Shown here one piece after another: positions 37,244 to 47,389 of a stretch of DNA of 64,000 bases (positions are counted from its first letter, which is position 1; every line of letters begins with the position of its first letter). Position numbers and translations under genes: made by a program. Origin of the DNA: Candidatus Microgenomates bacterium (GTDB lineage: Bacteria > Patescibacteriota > Microgenomatia > UBA8517); assembly GCA_049523135.1 (NCBI GenBank), contig JBEKNE010000001.1:82095-146094 (forward strand), written 5' to 3'. The notes under the pieces are model-generated. The model did no database searches and was not told the DNA's origin. It saw nothing but the letters and a program-made list of their open reading frames with translations.

Positions 37244-38496
37244 TTCAAAGTTGGAAGCGTATAGAAAAGTTTGCCAATTTACTTCTTATTTTTTTACTCC
37301 CTTCACAATTAGCACTTCATTTTTGGCCCAACTTTGCGTTCGTTTTTGGAATAAGAGTTGATTATCTGGCCCCAAGTGTTTACTTTACGGATGTTCTTTT
37401 TTTGGTTCTGTTTACCGTCTGGGTGGTCATGTCAAAAAAAATATTTCTTGATGATATTTACAAAAACAAACTTTATATAATCGTTTTTATTCTGGTAGCA
37501 GTTGTAAATACTGCATTTTCCACTTCGTTTTATGTATCACTTTTGAAGTGGCTAAAAATTACGGAACTTTTAGGATTTGCTTATTATGTTTATAAAAGGA
37601 GAGATATCGTGGATCAACGCGATTTTTCCGTGGTTCTTTTTTGTTCATTAATATTCTTTTCGTTAATCGGAATTGCCCAATTTTTCAAAGGCGGAACTTT
37701 GGGTGGAATTTTATATTTTTTAGGGGAACGGAGTTTTAGTATTTCAACTCCCGGTATCGCCCTCGTCCATTTGGGGGGTTCTAATTGGTTACGTGCTTAT
37801 TCCACTTTTCCTCATCCAAATGCACTGGCCGGTTATTTAGTAGTCGGGGTATTGATGTTATCCGGCTTTATTTTTGATAAACAAAATTGTTGGAAGATTG
37901 CCGGTGTTTTAATTATTCTACTAGCTTTTATACTGACATTTTCTTTAGCCGGGCTTTTGTCAATTTGTTTTTGCGGAATCCTGTTTGTTTTTATTAAGAA
38001 GGGAATTTTGAAAAAGAAACTGGCGATTTATTTGGTTTCTGGGCTTTTTGTTTTTGGCTTAGCCTTTCCTGTTATTTCAAGTGCACTTTTTACTAAAAAC
38101 GTAAGTTATAGACAGGACATTGCCGAAAGGCTTGAACTTGCGTTTGTCTCCGGCAAAATTATCTCAGGAAATTTTTGGGTTGGGACAGGACTTAACACCT
38201 TTATTATTAACGAGGTTAAAGTGGTAGGGATTAACGGCTATGTGTGGTTACTTCAGCCGGTTCATAATATTTATCTTTTGACTTTTAGCGAAGTTGGAAT
38301 TTTTGGCATAATACTTTTATTTTTAATATTTTATTTGTTTATAAGAAGAAACTTGAGTTCCGACCGCCTTGGGTTACTACTGGCTGTCATATTTATTATG
38401 ACAACGGGGCTTGCCGATCACTACTGGCTGACACTCCAACAGAACATGTTTCTTTTGGTTCTTCTGGCAGGAAACTCTTTTGCGGTTAAAGATTAA
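37240..38496 (+). CDS. O-antigen ligase family membrane protein
   Basis: RAYSTFPHPNALAGYL, GTGLNTF, PVHNIYLL..E.G; multiple TM helices. Confidence 0.85.
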   Translation: MIQSWKRIEKFANLLLIFLLPSQLALHFWPNFAFVFGIRVDYLAPSVYFTDVLFLVLFTVWVVMSKKIFLDDIYKNKLYIIVFILVAVVNTAFSTSFYVSLLKWLKITELLGFAYYVYKRRDIVDQRDFSVVLFCSLIFFSLIGIAQFFKGGTLGGILYFLGERSFSISTPGIALVHLGGSNWLRAYSTFPHPNALAGYLVVGVLMLSGFIFDKQNCWKIAGVLIILLAFILTFSLAGLLSICFCGILFVFIKKGILKKKLAIYLVSGLFVFGLAFPVISSALFTKNVSYRQDIAERLELAFVSGKIISGNFWVGTGLNTFIINEVKVVGINGYVWLLQPVHNIYLLTFSEVGIFGIILLFLIFYLFIRRNLSSDRLGLLLAVIFIMTTGLADHYWLTLQQNMFLLVLLAGNSFAVKD

Positions 38497-38546
38497 GCTG
38501 GAGCTTGCCACTCGGATTTCTGAAACCCTCGTGGTAAACTGTTTCC

Positions 38547-38969
38547 ATGAAAGATGCAAGTTTAATTATCCACACAGATGGCGGATCACGCGGAAACCCG
38601 GGTGCCGCCGCCTGTGCTTTTGTTGCAGAAAAGGACGGACAAGTAATATTCAAAGATTCCAGAAGTCTTGGTAAAAATACAAACAATTTTGCTGAGTACA
38701 AAGGGATAATTCTTGCACTGGAGTGGCTAAATAGAAATAAAGATAAATTCTCCAACAATACGATAGAGTTTTTTGCGGACTCGGAGCTTATTGTAAAACA
38801 GCTTAATGGAATTTATAAAATTAAAAATAGCCAACTAACGGTTTTAAACAAAATTGCACAGCAATTAATTGTGCAAATTAAACTTAAAATTTTATTTAAA
38901 AATATTCCCAGAAATGAAAACAAAATTGCCGACTTTTTGGTCAACGAAGAACTTGATAAAGAAACTTAA
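38547..38969 (+). CDS. rnhA: ribonuclease HI family protein
   Basis: TDGGSRGNPG, TNNFAEY, DSELIVKQ, N..AD. Confidence 0.9.
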   Translation: MKDASLIIHTDGGSRGNPGAAACAFVAEKDGQVIFKDSRSLGKNTNNFAEYKGIILALEWLNRNKDKFSNNTIEFFADSELIVKQLNGIYKIKNSQLTVLNKIAQQLIVQIKLKILFKNIPRNENKIADFLVNEELDKET

Positions 38970-39113
38970 AATGTTTCGGTAAATTTTCTGTGAAAATTTC
39001 ACGTTGCGCCATAAGATTGAAATTTAGTTTGTTTTTGAAAACTTGAAAAATGTTTTTTCCGCAGAAATGAAACTAGATTAAAAAATATATAATGCGGAGA
39101 TACTTTATAAGAC

Positions 39114-41747
39114 ATGAACCCCGAAGGAAAATTAATTGTTTGCCTCTACTCTGATCCAAACTTTTTGGCAGTAAATATTTTGGAAAGTCTTCTTTCCAAA
39201 AATTGTTTAGTTAATATAGTTACAGATGATATAGAGAAGTGGAAAGAAAGGACAAGTTTACTTTCCGGAAAAAACAGATTTGGTTTTTGTGAAGTTCGTA
39301 ACGTTAATAAAAACCAAACCTACGATTATGTTATTTTTTGCGGAGGTTTTATTAGAAAAGAAAGCGTTGTTTCCACATATAGAAAATTTAGTTCGCTAAT
39401 AAATTTTCAATTATCAAAGACACTAATCCTTTTTCCGTTTGAAGTAAAAGAGTTAACTGAAGGTCTATTCAGAAGAGTAAACGATAACTGTTCGGTTATA
39501 TATTTAGGTGACTTACTGGGGCCAAGAATTGATTTGGATAGCGATCTTCTTATTTCGGAGTGTATTAGTGAAATTATAACCTCCAGAAATTTAACTTTAG
39601 CGGTGGGAGAGGTTTTTTATCCTCTGTTTACTCCCGAAGCAGTAAGACTTATTACTAAATGGCTATTTGCCTTTGGACCATATGGTAAGGAAATCTTTCT
39701 ACTCGGGTCTGAGGTATCGACTGATGTTTTTTGGAGAACCAATGTTAAATTAGTCGGAGAAATAAAATTTAAATCTGATAAGAAAACACCTCCGCGTATA
39801 TCACCAAAAAGATATGAAACCGAATGGTTGGGGAGTGACCTTGGTTATTCTTTAACGGAAACATATAAATGGTTAAGCATTAATTGGTTAGGGAACGTGC
39901 ACAGAAAAAAGGTCGGCATGAAACTTAAACCGCCTGCTAAAAGTAAAGTTATAAGTAAACACGGTCATTTGAAAGCAATCATGCTGACATTAATTTTGCT
40001 ATTGCTTTTACCTGTGTTTTCAGACATTGCAAGTTTCGGTTCATTGCTTCTTGGCTATAAAGAATTTGTTTCGGGTAACGACTCTTTTGCAACCAGTACC
40101 ATTTTATTTTCCAGAACTTTTGCCACTGTCGGCGATAGCGAAAGTACTGCTTTAAGTTACGTTCCTATTGCGGGTTACTTTTATAGAGAATTAGATTATG
40201 CATCTGGAGTTTTAGTAAACCTCTCGGAAATTGCCAGTTATTCAATCCCGTTTATTAAAAATTCTTTAAGTCTTTTTGATAGCATTCTTGGAAATGCAGT
40301 TTACGACCCTTCAATTTATACCATCAACATGGTGGGTAACTTATCAGATATTTATATAAAAGTTGCGCAAATCCAGTCAGATACAGAGCAAAAGGCTGAC
40401 AATGGAACGATTCTGGCAAAGGTTGTTTTATCTCGCATTGATTTTGGAAAGTATGAAAAGTTAATTTCACAAGGCCAAGTAATTATTAATCAAACTCCTG
40501 AAATATTGGGTAGTGGCGAAAGCAAAACTTATTTAGTTTTATTTGAAAACAACATGGAATTACGGCCTACGGGTGGTTTTATTGGTTCCTATGGACTTTT
40601 GACTTTTGATGGAGGCCGTCTTTCTGATTTTACCGTGAGCGATGTATATTCCGCAGACGGTCAGCTTAACGGACACGTAGAACCGCCGGCACCAATTAAG
40701 GAGTATTTAGGAGAAGCAAATTGGTGGCTCAGGGATTCAAACTGGGATCCTGATTTTTCGACTTCCGCAAAAAGAGCCGAGTGGTTTTTGGATAAAGAGA
40801 TTAGCCGTCAGGTCGATGGAGTCTTTGCAATTGACCTTTTCCCAATTAAAGATATTTTAAAAGCCACAGGTCCGGTTTTTTTATCTGATTATAATTTGGA
40901 TATAACCTCAGATAATCTTTACGAAGAAGTCCAGGCGGAAGTACAAAACAATTTTTTCCCTGGAACACATCAAAAGGCGAGTTTTCTGACAGGACTTTCC
41001 AGAACATTACTTAGTAAAGTCGGAAGTTTAGATTTTCATCAAAGAGCCTCGATTCTTTTATCTTTTTATGAAAGCTTGGAAGAAAGACACCTGCAACTAT
41101 ATGTGCACGACACAACATCACAAGATGCGATAGAAAACCTGGGTTGGGATGGATCTGTTACGAATCCCAATTGCGGTAGCGGTTGTTATGCGGATGCCAT
41201 AGATCTTGTTGAGGCAAACCTTGGAGTCAATAAAGCAAATTATTTTGTTCAAAGGAGTGTGAGATTGGATGTAAATCTAACCCCAACAGACGTTCAAAGG
41301 ACTTTTACCCTTAATCTTACCAATTCGGCCAACCCCGCCCTTGGTCTTACGGGAAAATATAAAAACTATGTCAGATTGCTAGTGCCGGATGATGCAACCA
41401 ATATAAGTGTAGAAAATGTGTCGGGTCAAAACGCACAAAACCTTAGTGCAGATATAGTGGAAAACAAAGGCAGGAAGGAGATAGGGGTTTTGGTGGAGGT
41501 ACTCGGAGGACAGAGTGAAAGTGTCGTTTATTCCTGGGAGTCGCCAATAGACAGGTCGTCTATTAATTCATACGGGGTTTATATAAGAAAACAAGCGGGA
41601 GTTGATGGTTATCTAATGAGCCTAAATCTTAATATTCCCGTAAGCATTTCCGGAGCAGATTCAAGATTTGCCTTGACCAAAGACGGGGCGTACGTTTATA
41701 ATACAACCTTGGCGAGCGATTTATATGCCCGCTTCATCTTAAAATAA
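39114..41747 (+). CDS. DUF4012 domain membrane protein with degenerate epimerase-like N-terminus
   Basis: YLVLFENNMELRPTGGFIGSY, RDSNWDPDF, EANLGVNKAN. Confidence 0.8.
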   Translation: MNPEGKLIVCLYSDPNFLAVNILESLLSKNCLVNIVTDDIEKWKERTSLLSGKNRFGFCEVRNVNKNQTYDYVIFCGGFIRKESVVSTYRKFSSLINFQLSKTLILFPFEVKELTEGLFRRVNDNCSVIYLGDLLGPRIDLDSDLLISECISEIITSRNLTLAVGEVFYPLFTPEAVRLITKWLFAFGPYGKEIFLLGSEVSTDVFWRTNVKLVGEIKFKSDKKTPPRISPKRYETEWLGSDLGYSLTETYKWLSINWLGNVHRKKVGMKLKPPAKSKVISKHGHLKAIMLTLILLLLLPVFSDIASFGSLLLGYKEFVSGNDSFATSTILFSRTFATVGDSESTALSYVPIAGYFYRELDYASGVLVNLSEIASYSIPFIKNSLSLFDSILGNAVYDPSIYTINMVGNLSDIYIKVAQIQSDTEQKADNGTILAKVVLSRIDFGKYEKLISQGQVIINQTPEILGSGESKTYLVLFENNMELRPTGGFIGSYGLLTFDGGRLSDFTVSDVYSADGQLNGHVEPPAPIKEYLGEANWWLRDSNWDPDFSTSAKRAEWFLDKEISRQVDGVFAIDLFPIKDILKATGPVFLSDYNLDITSDNLYEEVQAEVQNNFFPGTHQKASFLTGLSRTLLSKVGSLDFHQRASILLSFYESLEERHLQLYVHDTTSQDAIENLGWDGSVTNPNCGSGCYADAIDLVEANLGVNKANYFVQRSVRLDVNLTPTDVQRTFTLNLTNSANPALGLTGKYKNYVRLLVPDDATNISVENVSGQNAQNLSADIVENKGRKEIGVLVEVLGGQSESVVYSWESPIDRSSINSYGVYIRKQAGVDGYLMSLNLNIPVSISGADSRFALTKDGAYVYNTTLASDLYARFILK

Positions 41748-41748
41748 A

Positions 41749-42447
41749 ATGCCTAAACAAGTATTAAAAGGAGAGGTAAGAAAAATTGAAGGCCGCAAGG
41801 TTAAAAAACTTCGCAGGCAGGGAATCTTACCCGGAAACATTTCCGGTAAAAAAATCAAATCCGAATCCGTTCAGGTTGTTCTTAAAGATTTTGAGAAAGT
41901 ATATAAGGAAGTGGGGGAAACAGGTCTTTTAACTCTTGAAATCGGAAAAGAGGGAAAACCGGTTCTTATTCACAATCTTCAAGTAAACCCGGTTAGCGAT
42001 GAACCTGTTCATGTTGATTTTCTCCAGGTTGATCTTAAGGAAAAGGTTGAAGCTGATGTTCCTGTTGAGCTGACAGGGGAATCTCCAGCAGAAAAACAGG
42101 CAGTCGGTACTGTGGTTTTGTATCTGAATGAAATTAAAGTCGAAGCTCTTCCGACAGATTTACCTGAGAAATTTAGTATTGATGTAACAGAACTATCTGA
42201 AGTTGATCAGGCGATCATGGTTAAAGATTTGAAAGTTGACAGAAGTAAGGTTGATATTAAAGCCGATCCTGAAGAAATAGTGGTCAAGGTTGAGCCTCCT
42301 CAAAAAGAAGAAGTCGTTGCTCCGCCTCCCACACCTGAAGGTGAAGTCCCAGCTGAAAGTGCCATTCCTGCTGAAGGTGAAGTCCCAGCTGAAGGTGCCG
42401 CTCCCGTAGAGGGCGGACAGACTCCAAAAGAAGAACCTAAGGCTTGA
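41749..42447 (+). CDS. rplY: 50S ribosomal protein L25/Ctc
   Basis: LRRQGILPGNI..HVDFLQV..VPVEL; acidic Pro-rich tail with a duplicated EGEVPAE. Confidence 0.95.
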   Translation: MPKQVLKGEVRKIEGRKVKKLRRQGILPGNISGKKIKSESVQVVLKDFEKVYKEVGETGLLTLEIGKEGKPVLIHNLQVNPVSDEPVHVDFLQVDLKEKVEADVPVELTGESPAEKQAVGTVVLYLNEIKVEALPTDLPEKFSIDVTELSEVDQAIMVKDLKVDRSKVDIKADPEEIVVKVEPPQKEEVVAPPPTPEGEVPAESAIPAEGEVPAEGAAPVEGGQTPKEEPKA

Positions 42448-42700
42448 TATTATAATTAGGATCAATTCCCCTCGCTTTATCCATTTGCCCTATTTCTTTC
42501 CAACCGGGGATATAGTTGGGATTTTTGGTTAAAAAATCATTCCAAAATTGTTCAGTGGAATCAACTTTTGTTTCGGCGCCTAAAACCTTTTTTGGTGCTA
42601 AATAATTTTCAATATTTATTGAAGCCAGGAGTAAAACAAATAGCGCAGCGACATATATAAAAAGTTCAATTGCGGCTTTGTTGACCTTCTTGGCAGACAT
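42437..42700 (-). CDS. small membrane protein
   Basis: One TM helix, VLGA motif, short NPNYIPGW..DPN domain. Confidence 0.6.
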   Translation of the reverse strand: MSAKKVNKAAIELFIYVAALFVLLLASINIENYLAPKKVLGAETKVDSTEQFWNDFLTKNPNYIPGWKEIGQMDKARGIDPNYNIKP

Positions 42701-42715
42701 GTGTTACTCTAAATT

Positions 42716-43231
42716 ATGGACCCAAACAATCAAAATCCGCAAGGGGATACAGAAGCGGTAAAAAAACTTGAAGAAGACTTGCAGAACATCAGTCAGCAAG
42801 CGGCCGCTACTCAACAAATACCAGTAGCTAAGCCCGTGTCAACTGTTCCAGAACCACCCGTTCAACCTGAGCAACCTGTAGCTGAACCGGTAATGACTCC
42901 GCCGGTTACACCCATGCCTCCTGCTACACCGGTCGAAAACATTCCTGCTTCCGAGAGCCCAAAAAAGAATTCTCCTTTAATGATAGTAGCAATAATATTG
43001 GTTGTTATAGCCGTCTTGGCTGTTGTGGCGTATGTTGTTGGAATGAAATTCCTAGCTAGTCAGCCAAGCTCAACATTAGTTCCAACCGTCGAGCCGGTGG
43101 TTGTGCAAACGGTTTTACCGGCAGAAACCCCATATGCAACAGGGTCCGCAACACCGGTTTCTTCGGCAACTCCATCAGCCAGTCCAACAATCAGTCCGTC
43201 CAGTTCTCCATCGGCAAAAATAACCCCTTAA
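42716..43231 (+). CDS. Pro/Ser/Thr-rich single-pass membrane protein
   Basis: Low-complexity segments flanking one TM helix. Confidence 0.65.
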   Translation: MDPNNQNPQGDTEAVKKLEEDLQNISQQAAATQQIPVAKPVSTVPEPPVQPEQPVAEPVMTPPVTPMPPATPVENIPASESPKKNSPLMIVAIILVVIAVLAVVAYVVGMKFLASQPSSTLVPTVEPVVVQTVLPAETPYATGSATPVSSATPSASPTISPSSSPSAKITP

Positions 43232-45276
43232 GCTTTTGGCCAATTTGAAGTAATCAGAAGTTCTTTTTCTCCGATTTCATGCCAGATTTGTTCTGTGACA
43301 AAAGGCATAAAAGGATGGAGAAGTTTTATAAATGTCGTTAAACCTTTTTTCATTTGTTTAGCTCCGATTTTTCCCTGTTTGGATTCTTCAATACAGCAAT
43401 CGCAGTACCAATGCCAGAATTCAGAGTAGAGAAGTTCTGCCGCTTGATTAAGTTGGTATTTATCAAAATATTTAGTTGTTTCCCTGATGATCTGGTCAAG
43501 CTTTTTATCAAATTCTTCATTTTTGTCCGATTCAGTTGTGAATTGTGATACAAATCTTGCAGCATTCCAGATCTTATTGGCGAACTTTCTTTGGGCATTA
43601 ATATTTTGTTCATTAAGAGCAATATCGTTTTCAATCAAGGCCCCCCAAAGGAGTCCCATTCTAAGTGAATCGGCTCCGTATTTTTCTGTCATTTCAATTG
43701 GGTCTATTACATTTCCCTTGGATTTACTGATTTTTTGTCCTTCGCGGTCTCTGACCAGTCCGTGGATAACGACTTCTTCAAAAGGAACCTTGCCGGTTAC
43801 ATAAACCCCCATCATGATCATTCTAATTACCCAGAAGGGAAGGATGTCGTAAGCCGTTTCCATAACACTTGTCGGATAGAATTTTTCAAAGTCTCCGGGT
43901 TTTGTAGTCTTAAGAGTTGCGAAAGGCCACTGGCCGGAAGAAAACCAAGTGTCAAAAGTATCCGTATCCTGTGTTAATTTGTCGTGACCGCACTTTGAGC
44001 ACTTTAAAGGAGCTTCTCCGTCTGTAATTGTCCATTCAAGACATTTATCACATCTCCATGCAGAGATTCTTATTCCCCAGACAATTTGACGGCTGATATT
44101 CCAGTCTTTAAGATTTTTATACCAATTTTTAGCAATTTTTTCGAAACGCGGAACGGCAAATTTTACATCACCTTTTTTAATTGCTTCCTGAGATTTTTTG
44201 ACAAGAGGAGCAACTTCCAGGAACCACTGTTTTGAGATCGTTGGTTCGATGGTGCCATGATCGCGGTAACAAGTTCCTACAGTGTGATGAATCGGCTCAG
44301 TTTTAATTAGCTTTCCGGCGGTAATTAAATCTTTAACAACCTCTTCCCGTGCAATCTCTGCCTTCAAACCAATATATTTCGCCGGAGTTCCCGTCATACG
44401 CCCCCCTTCATCAATTACAGAGATTACAGGAAACTTATGAGCTGTACCGATCTCGAAATCGGTAGGGTCGTGGGCAGGTGTAATCTTAAGAGCCCCTGTT
44501 CCAAAGTCCTTATCGACTAAATTATCTGCAATTACCGGAACCACGCGGTTAATAAGCGGAATATTTGCGTTTAATCCGACCAATTTTATATATCTCTCGT
44601 CCTTTGGATTAACTGCGATAGCCACATCTGCAAAGATTGTTTCGGGGCGGGTCGTAGCTATTGTAACTGTTCCATAATCGAGATAATAAAGTTTATCGTC
44701 GCGTTCAACATAATCGACCTCGAGCTGAGAGTAGGCGGTGCCGCATCTCGGGCAATAATTTACAATTCTCTCGCCACGATAAATAAGCCCGTCGTCATAT
44801 AGCTTTTTGAAAGTTTGGTAAACAATTTTGATTATATCGGGGTCGAGAGTGAATTTTTCGCGCGACCAGTCACATGAGGCACCAAGCTTTTTAAGCTGAT
44901 CTTCCATTGTTTTTTTGTTTTTTTGGACATCATTCCAGATCATTTGGTAAAGAGTAATCCTATCGAAATCAAAGCGACTTTGACCCTTGACTCTTAGTTT
45001 TCTCTCAAAAACAAATTGTGTTTCAACTCCAGCATGATCGGCTCCGGGAAGCCATAGGGTTGGTTCACCTTTCATTCTGTGGTAGCGAATTAAAGCGTCC
45101 TCAATGGCAACAAATCTGGCGTGTCCTATGTGCAGGGGATCACTTGCGTTTGGAGGGGGCATGATAATAGTAAAGGGTTTTCCTTTTTGAGTAGTATTTG
45201 GAGAAAAAGAGCCTGATTCTTCCCACTTTTTATAAATATCCGCCTCGTATTTTTTATGATTATATTGGGGCTCCAT
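43228..45276 (-). CDS. valS: valine--tRNA ligase (short form)
   Basis: PPPNA..LHIGH, GADHAG, ATTRPET, WNISRQ, DTWFSS, KISKS. Confidence 0.96.
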   Translation of the reverse strand: MEPQYNHKKYEADIYKKWEESGSFSPNTTQKGKPFTIIMPPPNASDPLHIGHARFVAIEDALIRYHRMKGEPTLWLPGADHAGVETQFVFERKLRVKGQSRFDFDRITLYQMIWNDVQKNKKTMEDQLKKLGASCDWSREKFTLDPDIIKIVYQTFKKLYDDGLIYRGERIVNYCPRCGTAYSQLEVDYVERDDKLYYLDYGTVTIATTRPETIFADVAIAVNPKDERYIKLVGLNANIPLINRVVPVIADNLVDKDFGTGALKITPAHDPTDFEIGTAHKFPVISVIDEGGRMTGTPAKYIGLKAEIAREEVVKDLITAGKLIKTEPIHHTVGTCYRDHGTIEPTISKQWFLEVAPLVKKSQEAIKKGDVKFAVPRFEKIAKNWYKNLKDWNISRQIVWGIRISAWRCDKCLEWTITDGEAPLKCSKCGHDKLTQDTDTFDTWFSSGQWPFATLKTTKPGDFEKFYPTSVMETAYDILPFWVIRMIMMGVYVTGKVPFEEVVIHGLVRDREGQKISKSKGNVIDPIEMTEKYGADSLRMGLLWGALIENDIALNEQNINAQRKFANKIWNAARFVSQFTTESDKNEEFDKKLDQIIRETTKYFDKYQLNQAAELLYSEFWHWYCDCCIEESKQGKIGAKQMKKGLTTFIKLLHPFMPFVTEQIWHEIGEKELLITSNWPKA

Positions 45277-45292
45277 GGCTACAATTGTACCA

Positions 45293-46315
45293 TCAATCTG
45301 ACAATTTTGCGTTTGGATTTCGGTCGATTTTTTCCGGATTTATAAATTCTCCTCTTTTGACTTTAAAATAGGCTGCAACTCCAATCATGGCAGCATTGTC
45401 GCCCGTAAGTTTTTTAGAATAAGGAAATAACACTTTTATTCCAAACTCTCTGCCTAACTTTCGGAGTCTTTTTTTGAGCTCAATATTTGCAGAGACCCCG
45501 CCGCCAATAACTAAATTTCTAATTTTTAATTTCAAATTTTTAATAGTATATGAGCAAATACGAATTAGGTGGGTAAAGGTGATGTCTTGATAGCAAGCCG
45601 CTAGATTTTGAATATTTTCTTTGGTTAAGGGTTTTTCGGATTCGACCAGTCGTGAGAATGAAGTTTTAAGCCCCGAGTATGTAAATATTTTCCTTTCTTC
45701 CTGACCAATTATTGGGGTGGGGAGTTTATAAGTCTTTATATCTCCCTCACGTGCGATCTTTTCAAGAACTGCGCCCCCCGGGTAGCCGAGTCCGAGCATA
45801 CGCGCCCCTTTATCAAGTGCTTCTCCCAAGGCGTCATCTGTTGTCTGTGCCAGCGTTTCATAGGAGCCGATTTTGTTGATCTTTACAAGAATCGTATTTC
45901 CGCCTGACACAACTAGACCCAAAGCAGGTAATTTTACTTTTAATATATCTGAGTTTGCAAGCGAACTTAAAATATGACCCTCTAAGTGATTAACCGCAAT
46001 TAACCTTTTGTTGTATTTTATTGCCAGTTTTTTGGCTCTGTCGATCCCAACGCCAAGTGCAATTGAAAGACCGGGCCCAACCGTTACTGCAATAGCATCA
46101 AGATTTTCAATTTTACATTTAGAATCCTTAATTGCTTTATCTATTACCCAATCAATTCTTTCCTCGTGCATTCTTTTGGCAAGTGAGGGCATAACCCCCC
46201 CAAATTTAGCGTGGGCAGAAGCCTGTGACCAAATAACGTTGGAAAGAATTTTGGTTCTTTCGGTTACTGCAACCGATGTTTCATCACAACTGGTATCAAT
46301 TGATAGTATTTTCAT
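45293..46315 (-). CDS. tsaD: t6A threonylcarbamoyltransferase
   Basis: IDTSCDETS, NHLEGH, SGG.T, DDALGEA.DK, DNAAMIG. Start overlaps the upstream stop (ATGA). Confidence 0.95.
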   Translation of the reverse strand: MKILSIDTSCDETSVAVTERTKILSNVIWSQASAHAKFGGVMPSLAKRMHEERIDWVIDKAIKDSKCKIENLDAIAVTVGPGLSIALGVGIDRAKKLAIKYNKRLIAVNHLEGHILSSLANSDILKVKLPALGLVVSGGNTILVKINKIGSYETLAQTTDDALGEALDKGARMLGLGYPGGAVLEKIAREGDIKTYKLPTPIIGQEERKIFTYSGLKTSFSRLVESEKPLTKENIQNLAACYQDITFTHLIRICSYTIKNLKLKIRNLVIGGGVSANIELKKRLRKLGREFGIKVLFPYSKKLTGDNAAMIGVAAYFKVKRGEFINPEKIDRNPNAKLSD

Positions 46316-47367
46316 ATATTTCCCCAAGATATTATTCTGTCGCCTTCGTTTTTCCCGAACTTAATCTTTATCCAGACAACAATTGCCTCATCATCAAATT
46401 CGCGGATTATATCTGCGACTCGCTCGGCCCATTCAATTGAGATAACTGATTTATTCTTAATCAAATCCTCAAAGCCCAAGGCTTTTATTTCACCGGAATT
46501 TTCCAATCTCCAAGCGTCAAAGTGAAAAAGTTTTGATTTGCCTACCCCATATTCATTTTCCAGCGCAAAAGTGGGGGAGGTAACCAGTTCCGTTATTCCC
46601 ATTGCATGCGCGAGACCTTTTGTAAATTGAGTTTTTCCGGCACCCATTTCTCCTTCAAGAGCAAAAACTATTGCGCGATGGCCCTTATGCCCTTCGTATT
46701 TTTGCCAAATTTCTTTAGCAAGGTTTTGTGTTTTTTCTTCATTTTTACTTAAAACCTCGTTTTTGTCAGTCAGTTTAATTTCTCCTTGTCTTAGAGTAAC
46801 CGGATCGTCAAGAGTCGTATCAATAACGGTTGAAGGATCATTTTTGGGAAGTTCTCCGGCATCGATTATCAAGTCGATTAAATCTTTTTGTTTTTGACTG
46901 ATATTTTCAAGGATATCCGAAATTTTGTAAGGACGTTTTTTATAGCTTGCGTTGGCAGAAGTTGAAGTAATTGGTTTGCCATATGCTTTGAGGATATCGG
47001 TTACGAGTTTGTAATCGGGAATTCTAATTCCCAGTGTTCCGTCTTCACTTTCAACTCCGGGGGCAACCTTGTGTTTACCTTTTGAAATGACAGTTAGCGG
47101 ACCTGGCAAAAATTTTTTATACAAATTTTTTGCAGTTTCATTTAATTCGACATAATCGTCAGCCATTTTCCAGTCTGTTACTGCAATTGAGTATGGTTTT
47201 CCAAAAGGACGATTTTTGTATTCCGTAAGCCTTTTAATTGCTTTAGGATTTGTTGCATCCGCGCCAATTCCATAAAGAGTTTCGGTTGGATAGATAACCA
47301 ACCCGCCCCTTTGAAGGACGGCGACAGCTTTAGAAACAGCATTTTTACCGTTTTTAATTATTTCCAT
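46312..47367 (-). CDS. tsaC: TsaC (YrdC/Sua5) - TsaE fusion
   Basis: N-half PTETLYG..K.R..PGPLT..GIRIP..STSAN; C-half GEMGAGKT..SPTF..HFDAWRL..IEW. Confidence 0.9.
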   Translation of the reverse strand: MEIIKNGKNAVSKAVAVLQRGGLVIYPTETLYGIGADATNPKAIKRLTEYKNRPFGKPYSIAVTDWKMADDYVELNETAKNLYKKFLPGPLTVISKGKHKVAPGVESEDGTLGIRIPDYKLVTDILKAYGKPITSTSANASYKKRPYKISDILENISQKQKDLIDLIIDAGELPKNDPSTVIDTTLDDPVTLRQGEIKLTDKNEVLSKNEEKTQNLAKEIWQKYEGHKGHRAIVFALEGEMGAGKTQFTKGLAHAMGITELVTSPTFALENEYGVGKSKLFHFDAWRLENSGEIKALGFEDLIKNKSVISIEWAERVADIIREFDDEAIVVWIKIKFGKNEGDRIISWGNI

Positions 47368-47389
47368 TGAGGCTATATTTTACTACAAA

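Noticed and set aside
42330-42400. Tandem duplication in the rplY tail
   Set aside because: Ordinary low-complexity expansion (EGEVPAE twice) in a disordered tail.
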